A stretch of DNA of 64,000 bases from Chrysomallon squamiferum (lineage: Eukaryota; Animalia; Mollusca), in the NCBI GenBank assembly GCA_012295275.1, contig CM022677.1:2232001-2296000 (forward strand), read 5' to 3'. Shown piece by piece: positions 11,328 to 24,726 of this stretch (position 1 is the first letter of the stretch; the number at the start of each line of letters is the position of its first letter). Under the pieces are notes generated by a model that saw only the letters and a program-made list of their open reading frames with translations, ran no database searches and was not told the DNA's origin. The position numbers were made by a program, and so were the translations under genes.

Positions 11328-14300
11328 GCCAGATTTCATCACTGGCAGAGATCTGCAGAAAGTATATGGAGAAAATGTTCCAAATGAATTTAAAGAACCA
11401 TTTTATGAAAAATCAGATGTGAGTGAAATATTTTATAATTTTTTTATCTTTCAAGATTTATGTTCTAATTATTAAAGTTATTATATGCTCTGTTGTTTTG
11501 TTTTAATTATCTCTAGTGTCTTACTTTTTATAAACCTTAGAATTATTTCATCAAAAATAGAAAAATTAAATTATCAGAAAATTGTCAATTAAGAGATTTG
11601 TGTTTCCTCTCATGACACTTTTTTCTATGGTACAGTTCAGCTAGTCATTAATGGAATAAAATAAAAAATATATTATTGCATGACTCTTTGAAAACAAATT
11701 ATCTCATTTCTTCATAACACATGTTTAAGACAAAAGGAAAAATACAATGCTATATTTATATGTTGTTAAATAAAACATTAATTCCTTGTTTTTCTCATTA
11801 ACATGTAACATTATACTTATTTAATCAGTAATAGATGAAAATGTGTATAGTTAATTATTATTGTTGTTGAATATCGCTATTTTTACTATTATTACTATTA
11901 TTACAACTAGTACTACTACTATTACTACTACTACTCTACTACTACTGTTGTTGTTATGGTTATTATTGTTTTTTATTTTTTTATCATCATGATTATTATT
12001 GATATTATTGCTATTATGATGATGATGATGATATGTTGCTGTGTTGCAGGGTAATCTCTAATCAAGTCTGGTATCAAGTGATGTGTAGTCTGTGTTAGAA
12101 TGTTTTCAGAAACCTCTCAGCAGTGACACAGTATGTAACTATGTTTGTATGTATGTGTGTGTGAGAGAGAGAGAAAGAGAGATAGAGGTAATGTGTATAT
12201 ATGTGTGAGAGAGAGAGAGAGATATTGTGTCTGTGTGTGTATCTCTGTCTTGGTCAATTTCATACATAAATAAAAATCACTGAAATATCAACAAATGGAG
12301 ATTGATAAAAATATCATGCTGTTATTAAAATTACTAAACTTTATATTTACTATTGGTGTTAAATATTTTTTGTAGATCACTGAAGTGTTATTCAGGTGCT
12401 GTCTAGAAAGGGAATTTACATCATGGAGAAGGATGAATCAGCTGTTACAGAAACCATTCTCATGTAGTCTGCACCATTCTCAGTTGTGAGTTTATTTTAT
12501 TTTTGTGTCTTAGAGAGTAAAATAAATTTTGTAACAGTTCTTTATTCATTATAAAACAGTATAATGATAATCAGTGAGTGATCTGTCATTGTTTTGTAAA
12601 TTATTTTTATTATTATCATTATAAAGATTATTTATAGCTGTTTATTTATTATCTGTGTTATTATTTTATTCATTGTCATTTTTTTCAGAATGCACATATT
12701 CCTCTAATTGATGTGCTGATGATGACATAAACCAGTGAAGTTGTTTCAGCAGAACATGCTGTCCAAGCCATCAGGTAAGCTGTAGTTTTTATTTATATTT
12801 ACATTTATATTTACATTTGCATTTACATTTATATTTTATTGACATTTTTTGTTTGTTTATTAAATACATAAATTAAATTTAAAAAAATAAGAAATTGAAA
12901 ACCTCTTTTACTTTGTTAAAGTTTATTTATTTGGTTCAGATAGTTTTTTGGAAAGTATCACTGTATGATCAATTGTATTTCAGTTCAGAGGTCAATGACA
13001 ATCTGTATTTAAAAGCTTTGATTGTTCTACTTTGAATATTAAATGATTGATGCATTTGAATGTAGAGAGAGAGAGAGAGAGAGAAAACAAAAGGGTGCAT
13101 ATTTTTGTATAATTTCTAATATAATGTAATGAGACCTCAGTCTTTACATTCAGCATATTAGTGAGGTTTAGCATAGATGTAATCTGCTCACATATCTGAT
13201 TGCATACTGACTTAGTATGAGTCATGTCCATAACTCACTTTCAGTTTAGCTTCCATGTAAAGAGCAAAGCTTGTATTGTGTCAGATAAAGGAAGGGAAGT
13301 AACTGCAGCTCTAGAACTTATAAACACTTTATTTGGATATATAATATATGCACATTTGGTTAAAACATGTTCAGTATTTATGTTGCCTAGTTAACAAACA
13401 TTAAAGAAAATCATAAAAACAAGACTCATCCTTTATAATGTTTCAAAACATTGCTGTACGTAAACACATACATATAGGCTTGTCCCATATCAAGAAAATC
13501 AGTATGTGAAATTTACGTCTGTGCTAAACCTCTCTATTGAACATGTAATTTTAAAACTTTCAGTTGAATTACAACTTTTAACACAACCAGTGAACTTCCA
13601 TCAGACACTGAGGTCACAGTTGTTTTCTGGTTAAATAAAGTTTGTACTGCTGCCATTGCAAAAGAGAACAATTCTGAGCTGGTGAATTTGAGTTTGTTTT
13701 CTTACATATTTCTCATTATTCTGAAACTAATGAAGTTTAATTTAATTTAATATATGAAGATGCAGTTTGTATATAACTTATCAGTAAGTGATCATGCAAA
13801 CACATATACATGCACTTACACACATATTACACACATACATATTTGTGTAAATGTGATTATTTTGTTGTAAATGTTTATTTCTATATTATAAAACAAAAGA
13901 AGCAACTTCATATTTCATCAGTATTTTAAAATGTTTAACTTTCCTGTTACCAGACTGGAACTGCCAGCCCTTCACACAGTGTCACTGTTCCTGTGATGAC
14001 AGACATACTAAAAGATGTAGAGACGGATGTACAGTTCCTATTGTCTGAAGTTTCTATTGTCTGCAGTCTCTCAGTTTTCATGGTTTGTTTTAGAACAGTT
14101 TTTGCAAATAAAATAATAAATGAGATGGTAATTTTAAAATTTAGCATATATTAAATTGCTGAAAGTTAATATCTGATTAAGAGAGGCATTGTCTGAGGGT
14201 CTTTTTTTTTAAATTTCATAATCGACAAATTTTATTTTAGTATTAGATCTGTTTTTTAAACATTTTTTGAATATGATCTAAATTGAAAATCTCTCTCTCT

Positions 14301-15078
14301 CTCTCTCTCTCTTCTATAAATTTTAGATTTAAATACTAAACCTTTATTATTATTTATTTATTTTTCAGATACATGTTAGGAAGATGGGTTAGGATTAGTT
14401 AATTCTTTTATGTAATCTATGCCTCATCTCAAAACATTCTGTGATCAGCATCTTACCAAAACTTTGTCAGCCTTCACTCACAGAGGATCTCTGTAAACAC
14501 GAGATGTACAAGAAAACCTGTCAGCCTTTCTCACAGAGCTGATCTTCTGTAAACACGAGATAGCTTACAAGAAAACCTGTCAGCCTTTCTCACAGAGCTG
14601 ATCTTCTGTAAACATGAGATAGCATACAAGAAAACCTGTCAGCCTTTCTCACAGAGCTGATCTTCTGTAAACACGAGATAGCGTACAAGAAAACCTGTCA
14701 GCCTTTCTCACAGAGCTGATCTTCTGTAAACATGTGATAGCATACAAGAAACCCTGTCAGCCTTTCTCACAGAGCTGATCTCCTGTAAACACGAGATAGT
14801 GTACAAGAAAACCTGTCAGACTTTCTCACAGAGCTGATCTTCTGTAAACACAAGATAGCCTACAAGAAAACCTGTCAGCCTTTCTCACAGAGCTGATCTT
14901 CTGTAAACACAAGATAGCCTACAAGAAACCCTGTCAGCCTTTCTCACAGAGCTGATCTGTAAACACGAGATAGCGTACAAGAAAACCTGTCAGCCTTTCT
15001 CACAGAGCTGATCTTCTCGATTCAAATGATAAAACTGACAGAGACAGGACAGCTTCTGAATGGGCAGGAAGCAGAAAG
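11328..15078 (+). pseudogene. CAMSAP: CAMSAP/Patronin pseudogene fragment, copy 1 (N-terminus and CH domain)
   Basis: GT-AG exons: 11328-11418 (KVYGENVPNEFKEPFYEKSD), 12050-12131, 12377-12485 (H*SVIQVLSRKGIYIMEKDESAVTETILM*SAPF), 12689-12774 (NAHIPLIDVLMM), 13564-13681 (ELPSDTEVTVVFWLNKV), 13954-14082 (DILKDV.DGC..FYC) and 14369-15078 (CNLCLI..FC..NLSAFLTELIF). Many stops and frameshifts. Confidence 0.93.
14470..15017 (+). repeat. 59-bp minisatellite (~9 copies) inside the CAMSAP CH-domain exon
   Basis: Unit tacaagaaaacctgtcagcctttctcacagagctgatcttctgtaaacacgagatagcg, with starts at 14507, 14566 and 14625. Confidence 0.97.
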
Positions 15079-16394
15079 TAAGTTTTGTCAGAGTTTTTAA
15101 TTATGATTCAGAATTTTTGTTAAACAAAATTGACTTTCCAAGTAATTGTATTATATCTTTTATTATTTCAGTTTATGAAATAGTTTATTGTACTGGAAAA
15201 TTAGGATTTGTAAAACTCAGTTTTAGTGTGTATACTTATGTAAATACTTTTTTTTATTTAAAATGGATGATTTCGGGTTTTAAAAGATCCTTGTATAATA
15301 GTCAGATACTAACAAAGAAAGTTAATATTAAAGGAATATTTAAGTGAGTGCATTTCAGTTAAATTTTACAAATCTTACAGAATCAGTTTTGTCTCAGATC
15401 ATCAGCAGAAAAATTCAAATATGTGTACAAATTAAATGAACTGTCACACTTGTTGAGAATATAATAAATTATGTAATATTTGTATCATGTTATTTTTTTG
15501 TTTCTATTTACAATTATGTAGCTTTGCTATACATTTTGTCACCCATATCAAGACACTTTGTAATAAAAGTGAATAAATACTGTTTGTATTATTTTTTTTC
15601 AAATACCTTGAACCTCAAAGGCCATTTGTGCAAATCATGGTTAAGTAAACCTAGATTTAACTTAATTCCACTTTTTTTTAAATTCATTATTATATTTAAA
15701 AAAAAAACAAAAAAGGAAAAGAAAATAATAATAATAATAAAATATCTTATTCAGTGTATTCAATATTTTATTTAAATACAGCATCTATCACATTTAAGCA
15801 ACATCCTTCTTATGATAAATAAATAATAATAATAATAAATAAATTGGAGAAAAAGGAACCATTCTGTAATAAAATTTGATATCCATTTTGTGATATGTAG
15901 TAATATATTAAGGTTAGCAACATACATGGTATTTGATATACTGGAGTAGAGTTTAGATGATCTGATGAACTTGGTTTCCATGATCAAACCTCCTCAGTGG
16001 ACCTGATTACTGATGTAACACAACAAAGTAAAGGTCTCTGAAACACCAACCCCCTCAAAATTGTGCACCCAGTAATTTAGAATTTATGTCATGTCACCGA
16101 ACTGTAATCAGACATGGTGTGAAGTTTCACTGTGTGAACCAAACAACAAGTGAGGTAACTCATAACTCAGAATTGGTCTATTTGCACATGAATAATGCAT
16201 GCCTTAATATATTAATTCAGAATGGTCTACTTTGATTATAAAAAGATAACAAAATAAAGCAGAAATTTTTCAAACCATGTATTTCGACATAATTTCACAT
16301 GAATATATATTTAAATAGTTGAAATACAGAATTTATATTTAATAAATGGAATATAAACTTATTTCTGTAAAGTTATCATTTTAACTTTATTTAT

Positions 16395-16594
16395 NNNNNN
16401 NNNNNNNNNNNNNNNNNNNNNNNNNNNNNNNNNNNNNNNNNNNNNNNNNNNNNNNNNNNNNNNNNNNNNNNNNNNNNNNNNNNNNNNNNNNNNNNNNNNN
16501 NNNNNNNNNNNNNNNNNNNNNNNNNNNNNNNNNNNNNNNNNNNNNNNNNNNNNNNNNNNNNNNNNNNNNNNNNNNNNNNNNNNNNNNNNNNNNN
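16395..16594. other. Assembly gap (200 N)
   Basis: Run of n. Confidence 1.
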
Positions 16595-16909
16595 AATAAC
16601 AGAGTTCTGATATAAAGGCTGTATATAAATAAGAATAAAAATGAATAATTAATAATATCTCTGTACTTTTTTAATATTACTGGTTATCATGATTCATATA
16701 TGTAGAATGATTACATTTACAGTGAATCATTAATGTCATGTTAAAAGTTTTTTAAATATTAATATTTCTTAAGTATAAAACTAAATTTATGAATAGAAAT
16801 TGTACAAAGAGAAATTCCTCTATGAAAGTTCTTCACTGGCAATTAAAGGATGTTTTATATGCAACATGAGAAATCATGAATGAACATAGCATATAATAAT
16901 AATTATTCA

Positions 16910-16951
<42 letters not shown>

Positions 16952-16963
16952 ATGATGATGATG

Positions 16964-16999
<36 letters not shown>

Positions 17000-17353
17000 G
17001 ATGAACAAGAAGATGAAAGAAAACAACATTAATAATAAGCTGAATAAAAAATGTTGTGATTTTTTTTCTCCATTAAGTTCATAACACTGACCTGAATCCT
17101 ACAACAATTTAGTTTATAATAATAAATACTGTGAAAATAACAACAACAACAGTAAACTGAATGAAAATTCCTCATTCTTTGATTTTAACACTCATACAAG
17201 AATATTATTGGATCTTCACAAATTTTTAAACATTTACCTTTAATGAGTTACGTCCTTGATTAACAGTGACAAATTTAACTGCTTCAGTTACAGGTGTTTG
17301 TGTAAGAACAGAACATCCCCAAGTCATCACTGCAGGAAACAGTTTTATATCCT
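16595..17353 (-). pseudogene. MARS1: MARS1 fragment, copy C
   Basis: Exon 17238-17353 is homologous to 9404-9519 and 42341-42456. The start of the next exon is cut by the gap. Confidence 0.85.
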
Positions 17354-17764
17354 CTGTAAAGGAAAATAAATTTAAAATTAATTAAATATTTAAATACATA
17401 GTGTGTCATAACATATTTTAATCATTATACAAACATAATGGGACAAACAAATCAAAATAAAACAATTCAGATGATATCTGTAACATAATAAGAGAAAATA
17501 TTAATATATACTTAAAAAGAAAATAAAAAAATAAAAAAAAAATAGAAAAACATAAAAAGAAAATGTTATATGTAGATGATAAAAAAATAAAACAAAAGAA
17601 CTGTAACTGATTAAGAGAAAAACTACAAATGTTAATGGTAAGCAAAAAAATAAAAAGATAAATAAATAAATTTATAAATAAATACATAAGATTAAAGCAG
17701 ATCCATTAACATGGTATCAGTCTGTTAATTAATATTGATACAACATTCAATTAATTATTTTCAT

Positions 17765-17797
<33 letters not shown>

Positions 17798-18310
17798 CTG
17801 TGTGTGTGTTATTTCAAATGTGGAAGAACTGATTTCAGTTCAGACACTGAGACAGTGATATAAAACATCATTATGTTTGCATGTTATCTCAAAACCTATA
17901 ATAATACCACAAATAGGATTGTTTTTAAAAATAACATTCAATAGCATACTTGCAGGTACATATATTAGTGTGTATGTTATGCATATGATATATAATTATA
18001 TTTACATAATTCTGTGTATGTGAGTTAACTAACCCTGCAGGTTTAAAGTGATGATCACTGGAATGCCGAAAGAAATATAAATCAGATTAAATAAACACTT
18101 AAATAAACAGAGACATTTTTTAAATACATGTGTTTATACACACAAGTAATGGCTGCGTATACTGACATACATTATCACTGAAGTCTGCTGTATTTGTCAC
18201 AGTAGTATGAATCAGGATGTATACGGTTGTAATGACCTCAGCTGACATTATAACTCCGCCCCCAAAAGGGATGTAACTCTATCACTGCTCGGTTACACAA
18301 GCTTAAAACA

Positions 18311-18577
18311 ATGGCGGACGAATCGCTTACACAATCTGCCGGTGAATTTCTCTCTGGATTATTTAAGAGATACCACTATATCTTTGAAAAGCTGTCAGTG
18401 AGGATTCAGGTAGTTTAGTGAAGATTACATTGTTAACATGCTTTGGAATGATGACGGCACCAGTTTTACGTCAGTTAAATCGGACCGGTCGTTGAAGAAA
18501 AGCGAAAAACCTCATGAGATCCACGTGGATAAGAGCCCGACGGTGATATCTTGTGTTCATTGTTTTTGTCTGGCAAG
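18311..18577 (+). pseudogene. Second copy of the SWIM-finger first exon
   Basis: Near-identical to 10489-10755. Confidence 0.6.
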
Positions 18578-19017
18578 GTAAGTAAGAACATAATTAATGA
18601 TTTTATTTACATTTGGGAGTTTTCAAACGTGGATGCAGACATTTCAAAGTAAGTAGCTGGCAAGCCTTTACAACCAAAATGTTTGATGATTTACGGACTG
18701 TTAGTCAACTATTCCATAAACTTGATAAAGGATTATAAAACTTCAAGTCTGAATTATTCATTGATTACGTCTGGAATAATTAAAAATAAAATAAAATAAA
18801 ATAAATGCCAGCAAGGTAGAAATGGTTTACTGTATTACTTGTAAATATTTAATTGTTTAAATCAAGTAATAAATTATATTATAAGATACTTAGATAGTGA
18901 TTTAAATTTCTTCTGTTTCCCTTCCTTTTTTCATTTACTAATTGTCATATTGTCTTTGTCTTTGTTTTAGTTTGCTTCTTCTTATTACTACTGCAACTTT
19001 TTATTATTAATTTGTTA

Positions 19018-19059
<42 letters not shown>

Positions 19060-22000
19060 CATTGTTTTAATCTTTATGATTATTTTTCATATTCTTCTTC
19101 AAGTCATTACTCATATTTATTTATTTTTCACGTTGTTCAGGCCAGATTTCATCATTGGCAGAGATCTGCAGAAAGTATATGGAGAAAATGTTCCAAATTA
19201 ATTTAAAGAACCATTTTATGAAAAATCAGATGTGAGTGAAATATTTTATAATTTTTTTATCTTTCAAGATTTATGTTCTAATTATTAAAGTTATTATATG
19301 CTCTGTTGTTTTGTTTTAATTATCTCTAATGTCTTACTTTTTATAAACCTTAGAATTATTTCATCAGAAATAGAAAAATTAAATGATCTGAAAATTGTCA
19401 ATTAAGAGATTTGTGTTTCCTCTCATGACACTTTTTTCTATGGTACAGTTCAGCTAGTCATTAATGGAATAAAATTAAAAATATATTATTGCATGATTCT
19501 TTGAAAACAAATTATCTCATTTCTTCATAACACATATTTAAGACAAAAGGAAAAATACAATGCTATATTTATATGTTGTTAAATAAAACATTAATTCCTT
19601 GTTTTTCTCATTAACATGTAACATTATACTTATTTAATCAATAATAGATGAAAATCTGTATAGTTAATTATTATTTTTGTTGAATATCACTATTTTTACT
19701 ATTATTACTATTATTACAACTAGTACTACTACTATTACTACTACTATTGTTGTTGTTATGGTTATTATTTTTTTTATTTTTTCATCATCATGATTATTAT
19801 TGATATTATTGCTATTATGATGATGATGATGTTATGTTGCTGTGTTGCAGGGTAATCTCTAATTGACAGTCTGGTGTCAAGTGATGTGTAGTCTGTGTTA
19901 GAATGTTTTCAGAAACCTCCCAGCAGTGACACGGTATGTAACTATGTTAGTTTGTATGTATGTGTGTGTGAGAGATATATATATTGTTTGTATGTTTGTG
20001 TGTGTGAGAGAGAGAGAAAGAGAGATAGAGGTAATGTGTATATATGTGTGAGAGAGAGAGAGAGATATTGTGTCTGTGTGTGTATCTCTGTCTTGGTCAA
20101 TTTCATACATAAATAAAAATCACTGAAATATCAACAAATGGAGATTGATAAAAATATCATGCTGTTATTAAAATTACTAAACTTTATATTTACTATTGGT
20201 GTTAAATATTTTTTGTAGGTCACTGAAGTGTTATTCAGGTGCTGTCTAGAAAGGGAATTTACATCATGGAGAAGGATGAATCAGCTGTTACAGAAACCAT
20301 TCTCATGTAGTCTGCACCATTCTCAGTTGTGAGTTTATTTTATTTTTGTGTCTTAGAGAGTAAAATAAATTTTGTAACAGTTCTTTATTCATTATAAAAC
20401 AGTATAATGATAATCAGTGAGTGATCTGTCATTGTTTTGTAAATTATTTTTATTATTATCATTATAAAGATTATTTATAGCTGTTTATTTATTATCTGTG
20501 TTATTATTTTATTCATTGTCATTTTTTTCAGAATGCACATATTCCTCTAATTGATGTGCTGATGATGACTTAAACCAGTGAAGTTGTTTCAGCAGAACAT
20601 GCTGTCCAAGCCATCAGGTAAGCTGTAGTTTTTATTTATATTTACATTTACATTTACATTTATATTTTATTGACATTTTTTGTTTGTTTATTAAATACAT
20701 AAATTAAATTTAAAAAAATAAGAAATTGAGAACCTCTTTTACTCTGTTAAAGTTTATTTATTTAGTTCAGATAGTTTTTTGGAAAGTATCACTGTATGAT
20801 CAATTGTATTTCAGTTCAGAGGTATTTAAAAGCTTTGATTGTTCTATTTTATATTAAATGATTGATGCATTTGAATGTATGAGAGAGAGAGAGAGAAAAA
20901 GGGTGCATATTTTTGTATAATTTCTAATATAATGTAATGAGACCTCAGTCTTTACATTCAGCATATTAGTGAGGTTTAGCATAGATGTAATCTGCTCACA
21001 TATCTGATTGCATACAGACTTAGTATGAGTCATGTCCATAACTCACTTTCAGTTTAGCTTCCATGTAAAGAGCAAAGCTTGTATTGTGTCAGGTAAAGGA
21101 AGGGAAGTAACTGGAACTCTAGAACTTATAAACACTTTATTTGGATATATAATATATGCACATTTGGTTAAAGCATGTTCAGTATTTTTGTTGCCTAGTT
21201 AACAAACATTAAAGAAAATCATAAAAACAAGACTCACCTTTATAATGTTTCAAAACATTGTTATACACAAACACATACATATAGGCTTGTCCCATATCAA
21301 GAAAATCAGTATGTGAAAGTTAAGTCTGTGCTAAACCTCTCTATTGAACATGTAATTTTAAAACTTTCAGTTGAATTACAACTTTTAACACAACCAGTGA
21401 ACTTCCATCAGACACTGAGGTCACAGTTGTTTTCTGGTTAAATAAAGTTTGTACTGCTGCCATTGCAAAAGAGAACAATTCTGAGCTGGTGAATTTGAGT
21501 TTGTTTTCTTACATATTTCTCATTATTCTGAAACTAATGAAGTTTAATTTAATTTAATATATGAAGTTGCAGTTTGTAGATAACTTATCAGTAAGTGATC
21601 ATGCAAACACATATACATGCACTTACACACATATTACACACATACATATTTGTGTAAATGTGATTATTTTGTTGTAAATGTTTATTTCTATATTATAAAA
21701 CAAAAGAAGCAACTTCATATTTCATCAGTATTTTAAAATGTTTAACTTTCTTTTTACCAGACTGGAACTGCCAGCCCTTCACACAGTGTCACTGTTCCTG
21801 TGATGACAGACATACTAAAAGATGTAGAGACGGATGTACAGTTCCTATTGTCTGAAGTTTCTATTGTCTGCAGTCTCTCAGTTTTCATGGTTTGTTTTAG
21901 AACAGTTTTTGCAAATAAAATAATAAATGAGATGGTAATTTTAAAATTTAGCATATATTAAATTGCTGAAAGTTAATATCTGATTAAGAGAGGCATTGTC

Positions 22001-22092
22001 TAAGGGTCTTTTTTTTAAATTTCATAATCGACAAATTCGTATTTTAGTATTAGATCTGTTTTTTCTTTTGCTTTTGAATATGATCTAAATTG

Positions 22093-22144
<52 letters not shown>

Positions 22145-22289
22145 TATTAAATACTAATTGCTTTATTTATTATTTATTTATTTTTCAGATACATGTTAGG
22201 AAGATGGGTTAGGATTAGTTAATTCTTTATGTAATCTATGCCTCATCAAAACATTCTGTGATCAGCATCTTACCATCAATTTTGTGATA

Positions 22290-22910
22290 GCATACAAGAA
22301 AACCTGTCAGCCTTTCTCACAGAGCTGATCTTCTGTAAACACGAGATAGCGTACAAGAAAACCTGTCAGCCTTTCTCACAGAGCTGATCTTCTGTAAACA
22401 CGAGATAGCATACAAGAAAACCTGTCAGCCTTTCTCACAGAGCTGATCTTCTGTAAACATGAGATAGCATACAAGAAAACCTGTCAGCCTTTCTCACAGA
22501 GCTGAAACACTGTACAAGAAAACCTGTCAGACTTTCTCACAGAGCTGATCTCCTGTAAACACGAGATAGCGTACAAGAAAACCTGTCAGCCTTTCTCACA
22601 GAGCTGATCTTCTGTAAATATGAGATAGCGTACAAGAAAACCTGTCAGACTTTCTCACAGAGCTGATCTTCTGTAAACACGAGATAGCGTACAAGAAAAC
22701 CTGTCAGACTTTCTCACAGAGCTGATCTTCTGTAGACACGAGATATTATACAAGAAAACCTGTCAGACTTTCTCACAGAGCTGATCTCCTGTAAACATGA
22801 GATAGCGTACAAGAAAACCTGTCAGACTTTCTCACAGAGCTGATCTTCTGTACACACAAGATAGTGTACACAAAAAACCTGTCAGCCTTTCTCACAGAGC
22901 TGATCTTCTC
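22290..22910 (+). repeat. 59-bp minisatellite (~11 copies) in CAMSAP copy 2
   Basis: Same unit as 14470-15017 with a different copy number and variant order, including one internally deleted unit near 22500. Confidence 0.97.
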
Positions 22911-23489
22911 GATTCAAATGATAAAACTGACAGAGACAGGACAGCTTCTGAATGGGCAGGAAGCAGAAAGTAAGTTTTGTGAGAGTTTTTAATTATGATT
23001 CAGAATTTTTGTTAAACAAAATTGACTTTCCAAGTAATTGTATTATATCTTTTATTATTTCAGTTTATGAAATAGTTTATTGTACTGGAAAATTAGGATT
23101 TGTAAAATTCAGTTTTAGTGTGTATACTTATGTAAATACTTTTTTTTATTTAAAATGGATGATTTCAGGTTTTAAAAGATCCTTGTATAATAGATACTAA
23201 CAAAGAAAGTTAATATTAAAGGAATATTTAAGTGAGTGCATCTCAGTTAAATTTTACAAATCTTACATCAGACAGTTTATATTGCAAGGTTTATTATTAT
23301 TTTTACTAATTTCAGCTTCTCACAGTGGTAATGGGAGGTCAGATGTCACAAAACACCAAGTAACCATTAGCAACACAACAAAACAGCTTTCACAAAACTG
23401 AGTGAAGATTCATGAGTACTCCAGAACTAAACAAATCAAACTCTACTCTGTAAGTATTCACTTTATTCACTTTGTTAAGTTTGTAGCAA

Positions 23490-23545
23490 TGGATAGACTG
23501 GCTCAGTGGTTAGAGTTTGTTGGGTTCTAGTGTCAGTCCTACATG
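23490..23545 (+). mobile_element. Possible degraded tRNA-derived SINE head
   Basis: Box-A-like tggctcagtggttagag followed by box-B-like gggttctagt, within a CAMSAP intron. Confidence 0.35.
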
Positions 23546-24154
23546 GAGGACTAATAAAGTTATTTACCAATCTAGCCACTGATCTGTGACTGATATTGCT
23601 AACATCAAGTTATATGTTTTGTTTTCTGTGGAAAGAGTTATATTAAAAACAGATTTTTAGTTTCTTGTTTAAAATGGGTATCAGTTCTTTTTCATTAGCT
23701 GTTTTGTTGTTTATCTTTTAAAATGGAAAGGACTAGTAAAAACAAGATGTTTATGTTCTTAAATAAAATATTTCTTCTTTATTTCATATTTGGTATATTT
23801 TAGCAAACATTTATATTTATCAATAATCAGGTTATAATATTATATTTTTCAAAGATGCTGATTTGTTTTTTGATTCATAATTTACATTTATATTTTGTTA
23901 AACCTCTTTATGTTTGTTTTTTTACTTTCTCAGACTCACAGCACAAAACAGACAAGTGTTGTTACCTAAAGTTCAGAATGGGACACACACAGACAGACAG
24001 CAGAACAGACAGAGAAGTTTCTAAACAAACAGGTATGAAAAAAACACACATTAATTCAGTTGTTTAACTATCAATTTACATTCTTCTCAGTTTTTGTGTT
24101 GCGTGTATTCTCAATACAGAGTAAGAAAAGCAGATTAGTACAAGGAAAGTCTGC

Positions 24155-24726
24155 AGTAATAAGTAAAGTAATTGTAGTGTACAAATATACTGATAACTTA
24201 GAATACAATAATAAGTAAAGTAATTGTAGTATACAAATATACTGATAACTTAGAATACAATAATAAGTAAAGTAATTGTAGTATACAAATATACTGATAA
24301 CTTAGAATACAATAATAAGTAAAGTAATTGTAGTATACAAATATACTGATAACTTAGAATACAGTAATAAGTAAAGTAATTGTAGTGTACAAATATACTG
24401 ATAACTTAGAATACAGTAATAAGTAAAGTAATTGTAGTGTACAAATATACTGATAACTTAGAATACAGTAATAAGTAAAGTAATTGTAGTATACAAATAT
24501 ACTGATAACTTAGAATACAGTAATAAGTAAAGTAATTGTAGTGTACAAATATACTGATAACTTAGAATACAATAATAAGTAAAGTAATTGTAGTGTACAA
24601 ATATACTGATAACTTAGAATACAGTAATAAGTAAAGTAATTGTAGTGTACAAATATACTGATAACTTAGAATACAATAATAAGTAAAGTAATTGTAGTAT
24701 ACAAATATACTGATAACTTAGAATAC
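24155..24726. repeat. 52-bp minisatellite, ~11 copies
   Basis: Unit aataagtaaagtaattgtagt(g/a)tacaaatatactgataacttagaataca(a/g)t, very homogeneous. Confidence 0.97.

Larger units (their letters stand above)
8765..15378 (+). repeat. Direct segmental duplication, copy 1 (copy 2 = 16595-23267)
   Basis: Near-identical colinear sequence covering the MARS1 exon, SWIM exon, CAMSAP exons and 59-bp minisatellite. Similarity ends after ttttacaaatcttaca. The copies are separated by 1 kb of unique DNA and an N gap. Confidence 0.96.
16595..23267 (+). repeat. Direct segmental duplication, copy 2 of 8765-15378
   Basis: Begins exactly at the gap edge, inside a MARS1 exon, and is colinear with copy 1. Confidence 0.96.
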
